Origin: an uncultured Candidatus Binatia bacterium | GTDB lineage: Bacteria; Desulfobacterota; Binatia; UBA9968; CAXXLF01 | Direction of reading: 5' to 3' | NCBI GenBank assembly: GCA_965218425.1 | Contig: OZ244621.1 | Span: 800,001-864,000 of the forward strand | Length of the DNA: 64,000 nucleotides | Made by a program: the position numbers and the translations under genes | In this document: piece by piece, positions 37,780 to 49,250 of the stretch | Numbering within the stretch: the stretch's first letter is position 1 | Layout: each line of letters opens with the position of its first letter | The notes under the pieces: generated by a model | Told to the model about the DNA's origin: nothing | Database searches by the model: none | The model's input: the letters and a program-made list of their open reading frames with translations, nothing else

Positions 37780-38190
37780 CACCATCCAATCAGCCGCAAG
37801 TGGGTGGTAACGGTGGGATTCAAACCCTAACTGCAATGGTGCGGGGCATCGCCCTTGGAGAGCTGGCTTTTTCCACCACCTGGCGAGCTGTGCTCAAAGA
37901 GATAACGGTGGGAATTGCCATGGGGTTCATTATCGGCAGTCTCATGGCCAATATAGCCTTTCTGTGGAAGGGCAATCCCATGCTCGGGTTTGTCCTGGCA
38001 ATGGCCATGGTGATCAACTTCCTCGTGGCATCCCTGGCTGGCACATTAATTCCTCTTGTGCTGAAGCAATTGAACCTAGACCCGGCCCTGGGATCCGGCG
38101 TTGTGGTCACCACCTTTACCGACGTCTCTGGCTTTCTCTCGTTCCCGGGGCTGGCAACCATATTTCTCCGTTACCTGACCCGAGCCCCGC
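37780..38190 (+). pseudogene. C-terminal fragment of MgtE magnesium transporter
   Basis: GGNGGIQTLT..VRGIALGE, KE..VG, G.LIP.....DPALGS...TTFTD..GF; no N-terminal/CBS domains and no start codon. Confidence 0.8.
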
Positions 38191-38215
38191 CCACTGATTC
38201 ACCCGCGATGTTCTT

Positions 38216-38875
38216 TCACCCTTTCAATGGAGGGTAAATCAACACTCCATCCTCACCATCGAGACCGTCCACCGCCACCCTCTGTCCCACCACGTGGAGC
38301 CGGCCCTCACTGTAGAGCTGGATGGCCTTCGGATAAATGCGATGTTCTTCCTTGAGGATGCGGGCACTGAGGGACTCTTCAGAATCATCGGGAAAAACGG
38401 GGACCACGGCTTGAATAATGATGGGGCCCTGATCACACTCCTCATTGATGAAGTGTACGGTACAGCCGGAGAATCGAACCCCAGCCTCCACTGCCTTGCG
38501 CTGCACATGGAGTCCAGGAAACGCAGGCAATAACGCGGGGTGGATGTTCATGATTCGATTAGAAAAGGCCCGCACAAAATCAGCGGAGAGAAGCCGCATA
38601 AAACCGGCAAGGGCCACAAGCTCCACGTGTCGGCTTTGCAATCGTTCAATTAAGTGCTGATCAAAGGACTCCCGAGTGGAAAATTCACGATGGTCAACGG
38701 TTTCCGTGGGAACGCCGTGCTTCTGGGCCCGAACGAGTCCATAGGCATCCGCACGATTGCTAATCACCACGCGAATCTCGGCATGGAGCTTCCTTTTCTC
38801 AATGGCATCGATGATTGCCTGGAGATTACTCCCGTTACCCGAGATCAATATTCCCAAAGGAACTTTCTCCGCCAT
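38216..38875 (-). CDS. purN: Phosphoribosylglycinamide formyltransferase
   Basis: ISGNGSNLQAI, LAGFMRLL, NIHPALLP.FPG, GCTVH, D.GPII.Q, EH.IYP. Confidence 0.97.
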   Translation of the reverse strand: MAEKVPLGILISGNGSNLQAIIDAIEKRKLHAEIRVVISNRADAYGLVRAQKHGVPTETVDHREFSTRESFDQHLIERLQSRHVELVALAGFMRLLSADFVRAFSNRIMNIHPALLPAFPGLHVQRKAVEAGVRFSGCTVHFINEECDQGPIIIQAVVPVFPDDSEESLSARILKEEHRIYPKAIQLYSEGRLHVVGQRVAVDGLDGEDGVLIYPPLKG

Positions 38876-38879
38876 GGCC

Positions 38880-39923
38880 TTAGGGGGTCAATGCGACTCC
38901 CCTCGCTCCTTTTTTTATTTCCCCGATTAGAAAATACCTTTGCCCCATGCTTTTGAGAGACCGCTCTACCGCGCTTATCTCACGTTTCCCAACAATCAGG
39001 ATCATGCCGAGACCGTTATTGAACGTAGCGTCCATTTCCTTCTGGGAGAGACCACCCGACTTTCGAATCAAATCAAAAATCGGTGGTACCGGCCAGCTCC
39101 CTCGACGAACCCAAGCCCTTGTGCCCGGCGGCAATATCCTGGACAGATTTCCGGGTATTCCACCGCCGGTGATATGAGCAATGCCTTTGACCCTATGCCG
39201 TCGAAGCAACGATTGGATCACCTTGGCGTAAATGGCCGTAGGCTCCAGTAAGGACTCACCCAGGGTCTGCCCTAGATCCGGCACCCGCATCTTGAGTTTC
39301 ATTTTCTTAGAGTCCAGAAGAACCTTGCGGGCCAGGGAATAACCATTACTGTGCAGTCCACTGGAGGGCAAACCCAGGAGGTGGTCACCCGGGGCACAAG
39401 AGGACTGTTTAGGGATTCGATCCCGCTCCACTACCCCAACGGCGAAACCTGCTAGGTCATACTCTCCGTCGGAGTAGAAAGAAGGCATCTCCGCGGTCTC
39501 GCCACCCGTAAGAACACACCCGGCGCGGCTGCATCCCTCAGCGACTCCACGAATCACCTGAAGGGCCACCTTCGGCTTGAGCTTGCCGGTGGCAAAGTAA
39601 TCCAGAAAAAAGAGGGGCTCTGCGCCCTGGGTCAAGATATCATTGACACTCATGGCCACCAGGTCGATCCCCACAGTATGATGAACACCCATCATAAACG
39701 CGATCTTGAGCTTTGTACCAACCCCATCCGTAGAGGAAACCAGTATCGGATGCCTAAATTTGTGACTCTTTAAATCGAAGAGCCCGCCGAAACCGCCGAT
39801 CTCCGACATAAGACCGCGGCGGACAGTCCTGCGCGCAATGGATCGAATGGAGCTCACCAGGCGATCCGCCGCTGAGATATCAACCCCAGCTTTCTTATAG
39901 GTCATTCTCGGTGGCATGGTCAT
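38880..39923 (-). CDS. purM: Phosphoribosylformylglycinamidine cyclo-ligase
   Basis: Y..AGVDI, GGFGGLF, TDGVGTK, GGETAEMP, SSGLHSNGYSL, HITGGG. Confidence 0.98.
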   Translation of the reverse strand: MTMPPRMTYKKAGVDISAADRLVSSIRSIARRTVRRGLMSEIGGFGGLFDLKSHKFRHPILVSSTDGVGTKLKIAFMMGVHHTVGIDLVAMSVNDILTQGAEPLFFLDYFATGKLKPKVALQVIRGVAEGCSRAGCVLTGGETAEMPSFYSDGEYDLAGFAVGVVERDRIPKQSSCAPGDHLLGLPSSGLHSNGYSLARKVLLDSKKMKLKMRVPDLGQTLGESLLEPTAIYAKVIQSLLRRHRVKGIAHITGGGIPGNLSRILPPGTRAWVRRGSWPVPPIFDLIRKSGGLSQKEMDATFNNGLGMILIVGKREISAVERSLKSMGQRYFLIGEIKKGARGVALTP

Positions 39924-40078
39924 CTTTCCTGTTGATTCCCACCTATCATCGCAATCTCATTTCTTCCATATCTCGCCACCGGAAGCAATTCCAGCGGTAT
40001 TCTCCTACATTTGGAGGGGTTTTCCTGTGGATGCCAAAGCGATATAGTTAAGGTGTTCCTGTCGGTACTAGATTACGA

Positions 40079-41346
40079 TGACCTTGCCCCCTAAAACGAG
40101 TCCAGGTGAAATGTTAGGGATTTTGATTTTAGGAAGGAGGCAAGGATGGCAAGAAAGCGATTTACGGCCGAGCAGATTATCCTCAAGCTGCGTGAGGCGG
40201 AGGTGAGCTTGGCCCAAGGGAAGGCGGTGGGCCAGGTGTGCAAGCAGGTGGGGGTAACCGTGCAGACCTACTACCGGTGGAGGAAGGAATATGGAGGCCT
40301 GAAGATGGATCAGGCCAAGAGGCTCAAGGCCTTGGACAAGGAGAATGCGCGGTTGAAGAAGCTGGTGGCGGATCTATCGCTGGACAACCAGATCCTGAAG
40401 GAAGTGTCCTCGGGAAACTTCTAGGCCCGGCGAAGAGGAGACGAGCGGTGATATGGGCCAGAGAAAGATTGGGACCTGATCGAGTCTCCGAACGCCGGGC
40501 TTGCCAAGTGTTGGGACAGCCGCGATCGACGCAACGAAGAGTCCGAGAGATCCCGGAAGAGGAAGCAAGACTAGTGGCTCGGATGATGGAGCTGGCCAGC
40601 GAATACGGGCGATACGGCTACCGGAGGATTACGGCCATGCTGCGTGGGGAGGGGTGGAAGGTCAACCACAAGCGAGTGGAGAGGCTCTGGAGGCAGGAAG
40701 GGCTGAAAGTCCTCAGCCGTCAGCCTAAGCGAGGGAGGCTCCGGTTGACTGATGGCTCCTGCATTCGCCTGAGACCGGCGCATCGAAACCATGTGTGGAG
40801 TTATGACTTCGTGCACGAGCGAACCGAAGACGGTCGGGCCTTTCGGCTGTTGAGCATCCTGGATGAATACACCCGGGAGTGCTTGGCGATTGATGTGGCC
40901 AGACGGATGAATCACCGGGATGTGCTGGAACGGTTAGCGGAGCTATTCGTGGAACGGGGCGTGCCGCAGTCCCTTCGGTCCGACAATGGCCCCGAGTTTA
41001 CGGCTCAGGCTATCCGGGACTGGCTCAAGGCCATTGGTGTCAGGACACTCTACATCGAGCCTGGCAGTCCTTGGGAGAATGGCTACGTGGAGAGTTTTAA
41101 CGGAAAACTCAGGGATGAGCTGCTCAACCGGGAGGTGTTTGAAACCCTGAGGGAAGCTCAGGTGCTGATCGAAAGATGGAGAAGAGAGTATAACCAGCGG
41201 CGGCCTCACAGCGCCCTGGGCTATCGTTCTCCGGCACCGGAGGCCTTTCTGCCCAGAGCGCAGGCTGGGAATTCATCCCCATGGGCTGGACTCCAGATAA
41301 TTCCGGCTCTAACTTAAAGGGTGGTACCACTCCTGGGGGCAGGTCA
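40079..41346 (+). mobile_element. IS3-family insertion sequence (IS407-like), 1268 bp
   Basis: IRL TGACCTTGCCCCCTAAAACGAGTCCA; IRR (rc) TGACCTGCCCCCAGGAGTGGTACCA; 5'-TG...CA-3' ends; 4-bp direct repeat ACGA at 40075-40078 and 41347-41350. Confidence 0.96.
40146..41317 (+). CDS. IS3 transposase OrfAB (programmed -1 frameshift); OrfA = 40146-40424
   Basis: OrfA HTH/leucine zipper ([21 protein letters not shown]); slippery G GGA AAC at 40412-40418; OrfB DDE motifs [27 protein letters not shown]. Confidence 0.95.
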
Positions 41347-41465
41347 ACGAGCCGGGCATTTTAACCCCTTTGAAGTTGTTAAAGTTAGTTTGTTGAGCGA
41401 AAATATCCGTATTTCTGTTAGAACCACTAATTCGTAGTATTACGCTTTGGCATATCAATTACGCG

Positions 41466-42284
41466 ATGGCATCCCGTTCTGATCTTAGTTCGACATACAT
41501 GGAGTTGTTTTCTGCACACCCGCATGAATTACTTCCATTAGAATCGGCTCTACCCGTCGAGCTACAATACGCCTCCAGGGATCACTATCGGATCATCTTG
41601 ACAATGACCCTTTCGGCAAGTACGAGTGATTTCAGGCTCACACGAGCCTTGCAGAAATTATTTAATCATTATCAAGACTTCCTAAGCTTGAAGAATCTGC
41701 AAAAGGATGAACTGAAAGACGCCCTAGCCACTAACGGTATTGGCTGGAACGATCCAAATAGAAGCGGGAATGGTGGCCGTCTTTGGAGCCTTTTAACGCT
41801 ATATTTCGGGCCCAGGAGCCAAGAAATAACTGAGCCAAAAATTCTAGCTTTGAAACCACTTATTGCGAGAGGCTTCGGTAGTAAAATGCGAAAAGTCTTA
41901 CAAGCTTATTGTTTTGGCAACAAAAACGTATTTCCAATGGACCGGGCGGCATTTAATGCGTTGAAGGATTTCGGATTCTATGAGGGCTGGTCGAAAGATA
42001 AAGCTAGAGATGACGTGGAACGGAAACTACCTAGATTTAAGAGTGGCACGTTGATTGATTTCCACGAAATGTTGCGATTTCGAAAGCAGGTGGGCCAAGT
42101 CCAGAAAGGTAGTCCCAATACCAAGCAACGTGAAGTTATCATGGGCTGGAACGGGTGGAGACTACTCTGTTCATCGCATAGAGGTATATCAAAACCGGAA
42201 TGGATTTATCGTCACCTCGTTCAGGACAAGCAAATGGCTAGGGAATTATTTAATTTTGTGAGAGGAAACTCAGCTTTCACTTGA
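41466..42284 (+). CDS. Divergent HhH-GPD (endonuclease III-like) DNA glycosylase lacking the Fe-S motif
   Basis: ELQY...LSASTSD...KLF (cf. Nth ELNF...LSAQATD...KLY); HhH GFGSK (cf. GVGRK); FG...FPMD (cf. FG...IAVD); DFHEML (cf. DCHHWL); AT-rich. Confidence 0.7.
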   Translation: MASRSDLSSTYMELFSAHPHELLPLESALPVELQYASRDHYRIILTMTLSASTSDFRLTRALQKLFNHYQDFLSLKNLQKDELKDALATNGIGWNDPNRSGNGGRLWSLLTLYFGPRSQEITEPKILALKPLIARGFGSKMRKVLQAYCFGNKNVFPMDRAAFNALKDFGFYEGWSKDKARDDVERKLPRFKSGTLIDFHEMLRFRKQVGQVQKGSPNTKQREVIMGWNGWRLLCSSHRGISKPEWIYRHLVQDKQMARELFNFVRGNSAFT

Positions 42285-42306
42285 TATAGTGAACACGAGT
42301 AGAAGA

Positions 42307-43017
42307 TTAGGATCTCGATCCCCCCTCACCATCCCCCTTCAGCTTCTCCAACGCCCCTTTGGCGGCCTGCTGCTCGGACTGTTTCTTGCTCCTTCCTTCT
42401 CCTCTTCCTAATATTTTCTTACCTATCGCAATCTCGGTGACAAAGCGCTTCTCATGGCTCGGACCGGACTCTGCCATCAGGGTATAGGTCGGCGGGGCAT
42501 GAAGGAGCATCTGGCTAATCTCCTGAAGCCGAGTCTTGTAATCCTGAATGCCTAATTTCCTTTGCTTGATTTCGCTTGCAAAGTGCTTCTCAACCACACG
42601 GCGGGCAGCCTCATAGCCCCCGTCCCAATAAATTCCACCGAGGACGGCCTCGAAGGCCCCGGCTAGGATAGACTCCTTGTCCCTGCCACCGCTGCGTTCC
42701 TCCCCTTTGCCTATGCGAAGCAGCTTCCCCAGTTCCAAACCCGCGGCCTTCTCTGCCAGAATGACAGAGTTGACCAAAGAGGCCCGCATCCTCGACAGGT
42801 CCCCCTCTTTTTTATTGGGATAACGCCGCATGAGGAGATCACTAATGGCGAGGTTCAATACCGCGTCCCCGAGAAACTCCAGTGTCTCATTGTGATCGGT
42901 TCCGTCGCGGCGTTCAAAGGAAACGTGGGTAAGACAGCGCAGCAGAAACATTGAGTCTGTGAAAACATAACCCAACTCTTCCTGCAGGCGAATCAGTAAC
43001 CGCGAATCATTTACCAA
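42307..43017 (-). CDS. rnc: Ribonuclease III
   Basis: LTH.S, NETLEFLGDAVL, EGDLS, GKGE..SGG, DYKT.LQE, GP.H...F, SKK..EQ.AA. Confidence 0.97.
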   Translation of the reverse strand: MVNDSRLLIRLQEELGYVFTDSMFLLRCLTHVSFERRDGTDHNETLEFLGDAVLNLAISDLLMRRYPNKKEGDLSRMRASLVNSVILAEKAAGLELGKLLRIGKGEERSGGRDKESILAGAFEAVLGGIYWDGGYEAARRVVEKHFASEIKQRKLGIQDYKTRLQEISQMLLHAPPTYTLMAESGPSHEKRFVTEIAIGKKILGRGEGRSKKQSEQQAAKGALEKLKGDGEGGSRS

Positions 43018-43166
43018 CGTTTACCCCGTTCCAAAGCAAAGGGTCCGGTGGATAGCAACTCGAACCACTACTGCCTATTGACCGCGGTCCATGAGGTACA
43101 TCCGTGGTCCGGTGACATTCGCCTTGACTACCGTCCGCTGCAAATTGTTTCGATCAGGCTTCATCG

Positions 43167-44471
<1,305 letters not shown>

Positions 44472-44475
44472 TGGC

Positions 44476-45573
44476 CTATTCCGGCTGTCCGTCCGTGGTC
44501 CCCTCAAGCCCCTGCTCGATCCAGCCTCCACCCAGCACTTTTTCGCCACGATAAAAGACCGCTGCCTGCCCCGGACTAACCGCCGGGAAAAGATCGGTGA
44601 ATTGAACCTCGGATCTGCCGCCCCCCAAGGACCTGATGCGGCATGGGACAGGTGAGGAGCGATAGCGGACCTGCACCTCAGCCAAGATCTCCTCCCCTTC
44701 GGGCGGCTCAATCCAGCTAACGGACCGAACGGTATGGCCTCGGCAGGCCAGCTCGTGCTTTGTACCCACCAGGACCCGTTTAGACTCCTTCTCTATCTCC
44801 AGCACATAGAGAGGATCGGGAGATGAGACCCCTAACCCTTTTCGCTGGCCCACAGTGAACCGATGGATTCCTTGATGGCCCCCTAAAACTCTTCCCGAGC
44901 GGTCTGCAATCACCCCGGCGCCGATCTCGCCTTCAGATGCAAAGGATTCCACCAATGATCGATGGTCCCCGAAGCAGATATCCTGACTTTCCGGTCGATG
45001 GGCGGAGAGTAACCCGAGAGCAAGAGCATGTTGACGCACCTGTTTCTTGGTTAGCTCGCCCAGGGGGAACAGACTATGAGCCAACTGTTCTTGGGACAGC
45101 CCAAACAGAAAATAGGATTGATCCTTGTTCCGGTCCCCACCGCGCAGGAGGGAATACCTCTCCTTGGAAGGATCATGGATCACTCGGGCGTAGTGCCCCG
45201 TGGCGACGCCATGGATCCCGTGCTTTTGCGCCCAATCCAAAAGGACACCCAGCTTAAAATCTTGATTGCAGGCCACACATGGGTTGGGGGTCTGTCCTGC
45301 AAGGTAACTCTGGGCAAAGGGCTTGACCACAGACTCCCGAAAATTCGAGCGGAAGTCTAAAATACGGTGACGGATACCAAGATGTGTCGCCACCTCTTCG
45401 GCCCCCGTAAAATTGGAGCAAATCCTAGAATTTCGCACATCGCCTTCCCATAATTGCAGGGAGACTCCAATCACGTCGTAGCCTTGATCGATTAGGAGGC
45501 TGGCGGCGACAGAGCTGTCCACTCCACCACTCATGGCCATCACCACCTTCTTATTGCTCTGACACGAGTCCAT
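44476..45573 (-). CDS. mnmA: tRNA-specific 2-thiouridylase
   Basis: AMSGGVDSS, TPNPCV.CN, ATGHYA, KDQSYFL, ESQDICF, TVGQRKG, PGQAAVFY. Confidence 0.97.
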   Translation of the reverse strand: MDSCQSNKKVVMAMSGGVDSSVAASLLIDQGYDVIGVSLQLWEGDVRNSRICSNFTGAEEVATHLGIRHRILDFRSNFRESVVKPFAQSYLAGQTPNPCVACNQDFKLGVLLDWAQKHGIHGVATGHYARVIHDPSKERYSLLRGGDRNKDQSYFLFGLSQEQLAHSLFPLGELTKKQVRQHALALGLLSAHRPESQDICFGDHRSLVESFASEGEIGAGVIADRSGRVLGGHQGIHRFTVGQRKGLGVSSPDPLYVLEIEKESKRVLVGTKHELACRGHTVRSVSWIEPPEGEEILAEVQVRYRSSPVPCRIRSLGGGRSEVQFTDLFPAVSPGQAAVFYRGEKVLGGGWIEQGLEGTTDGQPE

Positions 45574-45638
45574 AGCTCTACCGTTGGGTTCAATGAATAC
45601 TCTTTAGAAGACGAAATGCACTCTTTGGAACCCTTCCA

Positions 45639-46373
45639 TTAATTTCCCGAGTTCTTGATCAGTTCTTTAACCTTGCGCAGCACTTCTGTATCCTCTGCCT
45701 GCCGCTCTTCCAGCCCCCCCTGCCTGGAACTCAACTCGTTGACACGTTTCTCCAGGCGCTGCACATAGTCTGCCAGGTTAGTGATTGCCTTGGCCATGGG
45801 GTCGGGTAGCCTCTGGTGATCCAGGTCGATGATTTGGTCCTCCGGATCCCTGTGAACTCCGCTCCCTTCCACCACTTTACCTGGAATTCCCACCACAGTG
45901 GAATCCGGGGGAACCGAATTCACCACCACCGAACCCGATCCTATCCTGCTATTGCGTCCAATGATCACGGGGCCAAGAATGGTGGCACCGGCGCCGATAA
46001 TCACGTAATCTTCCACCGTGGGATGTCTTTTATCCTTTTTTAGACTAATGCCACCCAGGGTCACCCCCTGATAAATGGTCACGTCGTCACCGATCTCGGT
46101 GGTCTCACCGATGACCACTCCCATCCCGTGATCGATAAAAAATCGCGCGCCGATCTCCGCCCCCGGGTGGATCTCAATCCCGGTCATGAACCGTCCCACA
46201 TGGCTGATAAAACGGCCCAAGACCTTCAGACCTCTCTCCCAAAGAAAATGAGCCATGCGGTAAAAAAATAGAGCGTGCAGGCCGGGGTAGCTAAGGAGGA
46301 CTTCCCAAACATTGCGGGCTGCCGGGTCACGGTTGAATACAACCCGAATGTCTTCCTTCAGGGTGTTCCACAT
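45639..46373 (-). CDS. cysE: Serine O-acetyltransferase
   Basis: [37 protein letters not shown]; likely start MWNTLKED. Confidence 0.96.
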   Translation of the reverse strand: MWNTLKEDIRVVFNRDPAARNVWEVLLSYPGLHALFFYRMAHFLWERGLKVLGRFISHVGRFMTGIEIHPGAEIGARFFIDHGMGVVIGETTEIGDDVTIYQGVTLGGISLKKDKRHPTVEDYVIIGAGATILGPVIIGRNSRIGSGSVVVNSVPPDSTVVGIPGKVVEGSGVHRDPEDQIIDLDHQRLPDPMAKAITNLADYVQRLEKRVNELSSRQGGLEERQAEDTEVLRKVKELIKNSGN

Positions 46374-46444
46374 GGCGATCATCGATGGGCCTAAGGACTT
46401 TAACAAGGAATCGGGTGAGAGACGTACCCCGAAAGATAGCGGTT

Positions 46445-48025
46445 CTACACCTCCCTCTTTTTCTTGTCTTTATAAAGCTTATAGTCGATGCTATCCGCCA
46501 GGGCCTGCCAACTCGCTTCGATCACGTTGTGAGACACACCCACGGTTCCCCATTCATCCTTCTTGTCTCCCGATTCGATCAAGACACGCACTGATGCACC
46601 GGTACCTTCACCAGAGGTAAGGACGCGCACTTTATAATCAAGCAGCTCAATGTCCACTAATGCCGGGTAAAATTTGCCCAGGGCCTTGCGCAAGGCTTGG
46701 TCAAGGGCGTGAACGGGGCCATTGCCCATGGCCGCTGCGTGCTCCTCCACACCATCCACCTCCACCATAATCGTAGCTTCCGAGATGGGGGCTTCCCCCT
46801 CTTTCCTCTTCTCATCGATCACCCGAAAACCAACCAGACGGAAATTCTTCTTTTTTTTGCCCAGCGCCTCCTGGATCAACAACTCAAAGGAAGCTTCAGC
46901 GGCCTCGAACTCATAGCCCTTGCTTTCCATTTCTTTGATGCGGCGAAGGATCTGTGGCACGGCATGCTCGTTTGACTCCAGGTCGATCCCGTATTCCTTG
47001 CCCTTGAACAGGATATTGCTTCGACCGGCCAGATCAGAGACCAGGACCCTCTGACGGTTGCCCACCAGTTGAGGATCAACATGCTCGTAGGTCTCACGAT
47101 TCTTTATGATACCAGACACATGCAATCCACCTTTGTGTGCGAAAGCACTGTCACCCACATAGGGCTGATGCTTATTGGGACTGATGTTGGCCAGCTCATA
47201 GAAGACATGGGATAGATCCCGGAGTTTTTTTAGCTGTTCCAAATCGATACAGTTCTTTCCCAGTTTGAGCTGAAGATTGGGAATGAGCGAACACAGGTTA
47301 AGGTTGCCGCAACGCTCACCGAAACCGTTGATGGTGCCCTGGACTTGACGCACTCCCATCTCCACTGCTGCCATGGTATTGGCCACGGCGAGCTCACCAT
47401 CATTGTGACAGTGTATTCCTAGCCGGGCGGTTATCACCCCCTCGAGACTCGAGATAGCCTTGCGGATGTCGTCCGGTAATCCGCCCCCGTTGGTATCACA
47501 CAGGACGAGCCAATCTGCCCCCCCTTGCTGCGCCGCCTGCAAACATTCCACTGCAAACTCGGGATTGGAACGGTACCCATCGAAGAAATGCTCCGCATCG
47601 AACATCACTTCATCCACCCGTTCTTTCATGAAACGAATGGAGTCCGAAATCAGATCGAGATTCGCTTTCTTGCTGATTCTAAGACCGTCCCGCACATGGA
47701 GGTCCCAGGTCTTACCCACCAGGGTCACCACCGGGGTATCTGCGTCCAGGAGCAACTTGAGACTAGGGTCCTGGCTAGGCTTGGCGGAGGGCTTGCGAGT
47801 GGTGCCAAAGGCGACGATCTTGGACTTCTTCTTTTTGAGTTTCTTGACCTCCATGAAAAAATCGGCATCCCGAGGATTAGAACCAGGGTAGCCTCCCTCG
47901 ATGTAATCAATGCCGATATCCGATAGGCGTTCTGCCATGCGGAGCTTGTCTTCGAGGGTCAGAGAAATGTCCTCCGCCTGACACCCATCCCTCAAGGTCG
48001 TGTCATAGATTAAAACGTCTTTCAC
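46445..48025 (-). CDS. cimA: Citramalate synthase
   Basis: [53 protein letters not shown]. Confidence 0.93.
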   Translation of the reverse strand: MKDVLIYDTTLRDGCQAEDISLTLEDKLRMAERLSDIGIDYIEGGYPGSNPRDADFFMEVKKLKKKKSKIVAFGTTRKPSAKPSQDPSLKLLLDADTPVVTLVGKTWDLHVRDGLRISKKANLDLISDSIRFMKERVDEVMFDAEHFFDGYRSNPEFAVECLQAAQQGGADWLVLCDTNGGGLPDDIRKAISSLEGVITARLGIHCHNDGELAVANTMAAVEMGVRQVQGTINGFGERCGNLNLCSLIPNLQLKLGKNCIDLEQLKKLRDLSHVFYELANISPNKHQPYVGDSAFAHKGGLHVSGIIKNRETYEHVDPQLVGNRQRVLVSDLAGRSNILFKGKEYGIDLESNEHAVPQILRRIKEMESKGYEFEAAEASFELLIQEALGKKKKNFRLVGFRVIDEKRKEGEAPISEATIMVEVDGVEEHAAAMGNGPVHALDQALRKALGKFYPALVDIELLDYKVRVLTSGEGTGASVRVLIESGDKKDEWGTVGVSHNVIEASWQALADSIDYKLYKDKKKREV

Positions 48026-48029
48026 AAAG

Positions 48030-49241
48030 TCACCTGTTTCCGATCAATTCATCATGAAGCACCCGCACCGCTTTTTGGGCAAATTTTTCCCGGATCACCA
48101 CAGATATGGTAATCTCAGAAGTGGAGATCATCTCCACATTGACCCCTTCTTTCGCTAAGGCCTGAAACATCTGGGAGGCAATTCCGCTATGGGTGCGCAT
48201 CCCTCGTCCAATAATTGATATTTTGGCAATGTCAGGATCACACCGTACTTCCTCTGCCTCTATTTTGAGTCTCATGTCCTCCACCAGGATTTCCGCTTTT
48301 TTCAACTCATCTTTTGGGACTGTGAAGCTCACGTCCGTGTGACCCCCTTCACTGGCGTTCTGAACGATCATGTCCACCATGATGCCTGCCTTGGCCAGAG
48401 GGGTGAATATCTTGGCCGCCAAACCCGGTTTATCCGGCACCCGGGTAATGGTTACTTTTGCCTGCTCCTTATCGCTGGCGACTCTCGATACGATGTGCTC
48501 TAGCTCTTTATTTTCCTTGACCACCCGTGTTCCCTCCCATGGTGTAAATCCAGACCGAAGGTGCAGCGGCACATTGCCCTTCATGGCAAAATCCACAGCA
48601 TCGATATGGAATGCCTTGACCCCGAGGCTGATCATCTCCATCATTTCCTCGAAGGAGAGAAAACCCAGTTTCTTAGCTGTGGGGCAGACCTTTGGATCTG
48701 CCGTGTACATGCCGTCCACCTGAGTATATATCTCGCAAACATCAGCCTTCAAGGCAGTGGCTAAAGCAACTGCCGTGGTGTCAGAGCCTCCCCGGCCCAA
48801 GGTTGTAATGTTTCCCTCCTCATCAATTCCCTGGAAACCAACGACCACGCCAATCTCGCCTTTCTTGAGCGATCTCTTAAGGGCCTCGGCGTCAACTTTC
48901 TGTATTCGCGCCTTTCCAAATGTGTTGTCCGTCAATATATGGATCTGATGGGCCAACCAGGAACGGGCCTGGTAACCCATGGCCTTGATAGCCAGGGCCA
49001 ACATGGCAGCTGAAACTTGCTCACCTGCCGAGAGAAGCACATCCTGTTCTCTTCCGTCGGGAGCTTTAGCCATGGACCTGGAAAGACCCAAGAGACGATC
49101 CGTCTCACCCTCCATAGCCGAAATGACCACCACCACCTGATTTCCCATTTCATGGGTGGCCACCACTCGGTCTGAAATGTCCTTGATTCTTTTGGGACTC
49201 CCCGCAACGGTCCCACCGTATTTCTGTACAATTAAAGCCAT
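48030..49241 (-). CDS. lysC: Aspartate kinase with two ACT domains (divergent motifs)
   Basis: KYGG, SAM, GE, GFQG, TTLGRGGSDTTA, YTADP, PDKPG, ISTSEI. Confidence 0.9.
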   Translation of the reverse strand: MALIVQKYGGTVAGSPKRIKDISDRVVATHEMGNQVVVVISAMEGETDRLLGLSRSMAKAPDGREQDVLLSAGEQVSAAMLALAIKAMGYQARSWLAHQIHILTDNTFGKARIQKVDAEALKRSLKKGEIGVVVGFQGIDEEGNITTLGRGGSDTTAVALATALKADVCEIYTQVDGMYTADPKVCPTAKKLGFLSFEEMMEMISLGVKAFHIDAVDFAMKGNVPLHLRSGFTPWEGTRVVKENKELEHIVSRVASDKEQAKVTITRVPDKPGLAAKIFTPLAKAGIMVDMIVQNASEGGHTDVSFTVPKDELKKAEILVEDMRLKIEAEEVRCDPDIAKISIIGRGMRTHSGIASQMFQALAKEGVNVEMISTSEITISVVIREKFAQKAVRVLHDELIGNR

Positions 49242-49250
49242 CGCCTCCGC

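Noticed and set aside
40031..41453. 11-bp inverted pair ATGCCAAAGCG / CGCTTTGGCAT flanking the IS as ends of a larger element
   Set aside because: IS ends are already defined by IRs and the ACGA duplication. There is no target duplication outside this pair, so it may be chance or an operator.
44472..44711. 80-aa N-terminal extension of MtaB
   Set aside because: It overlaps mnmA; the family-typical start is MRVAITTLGC at 44471.
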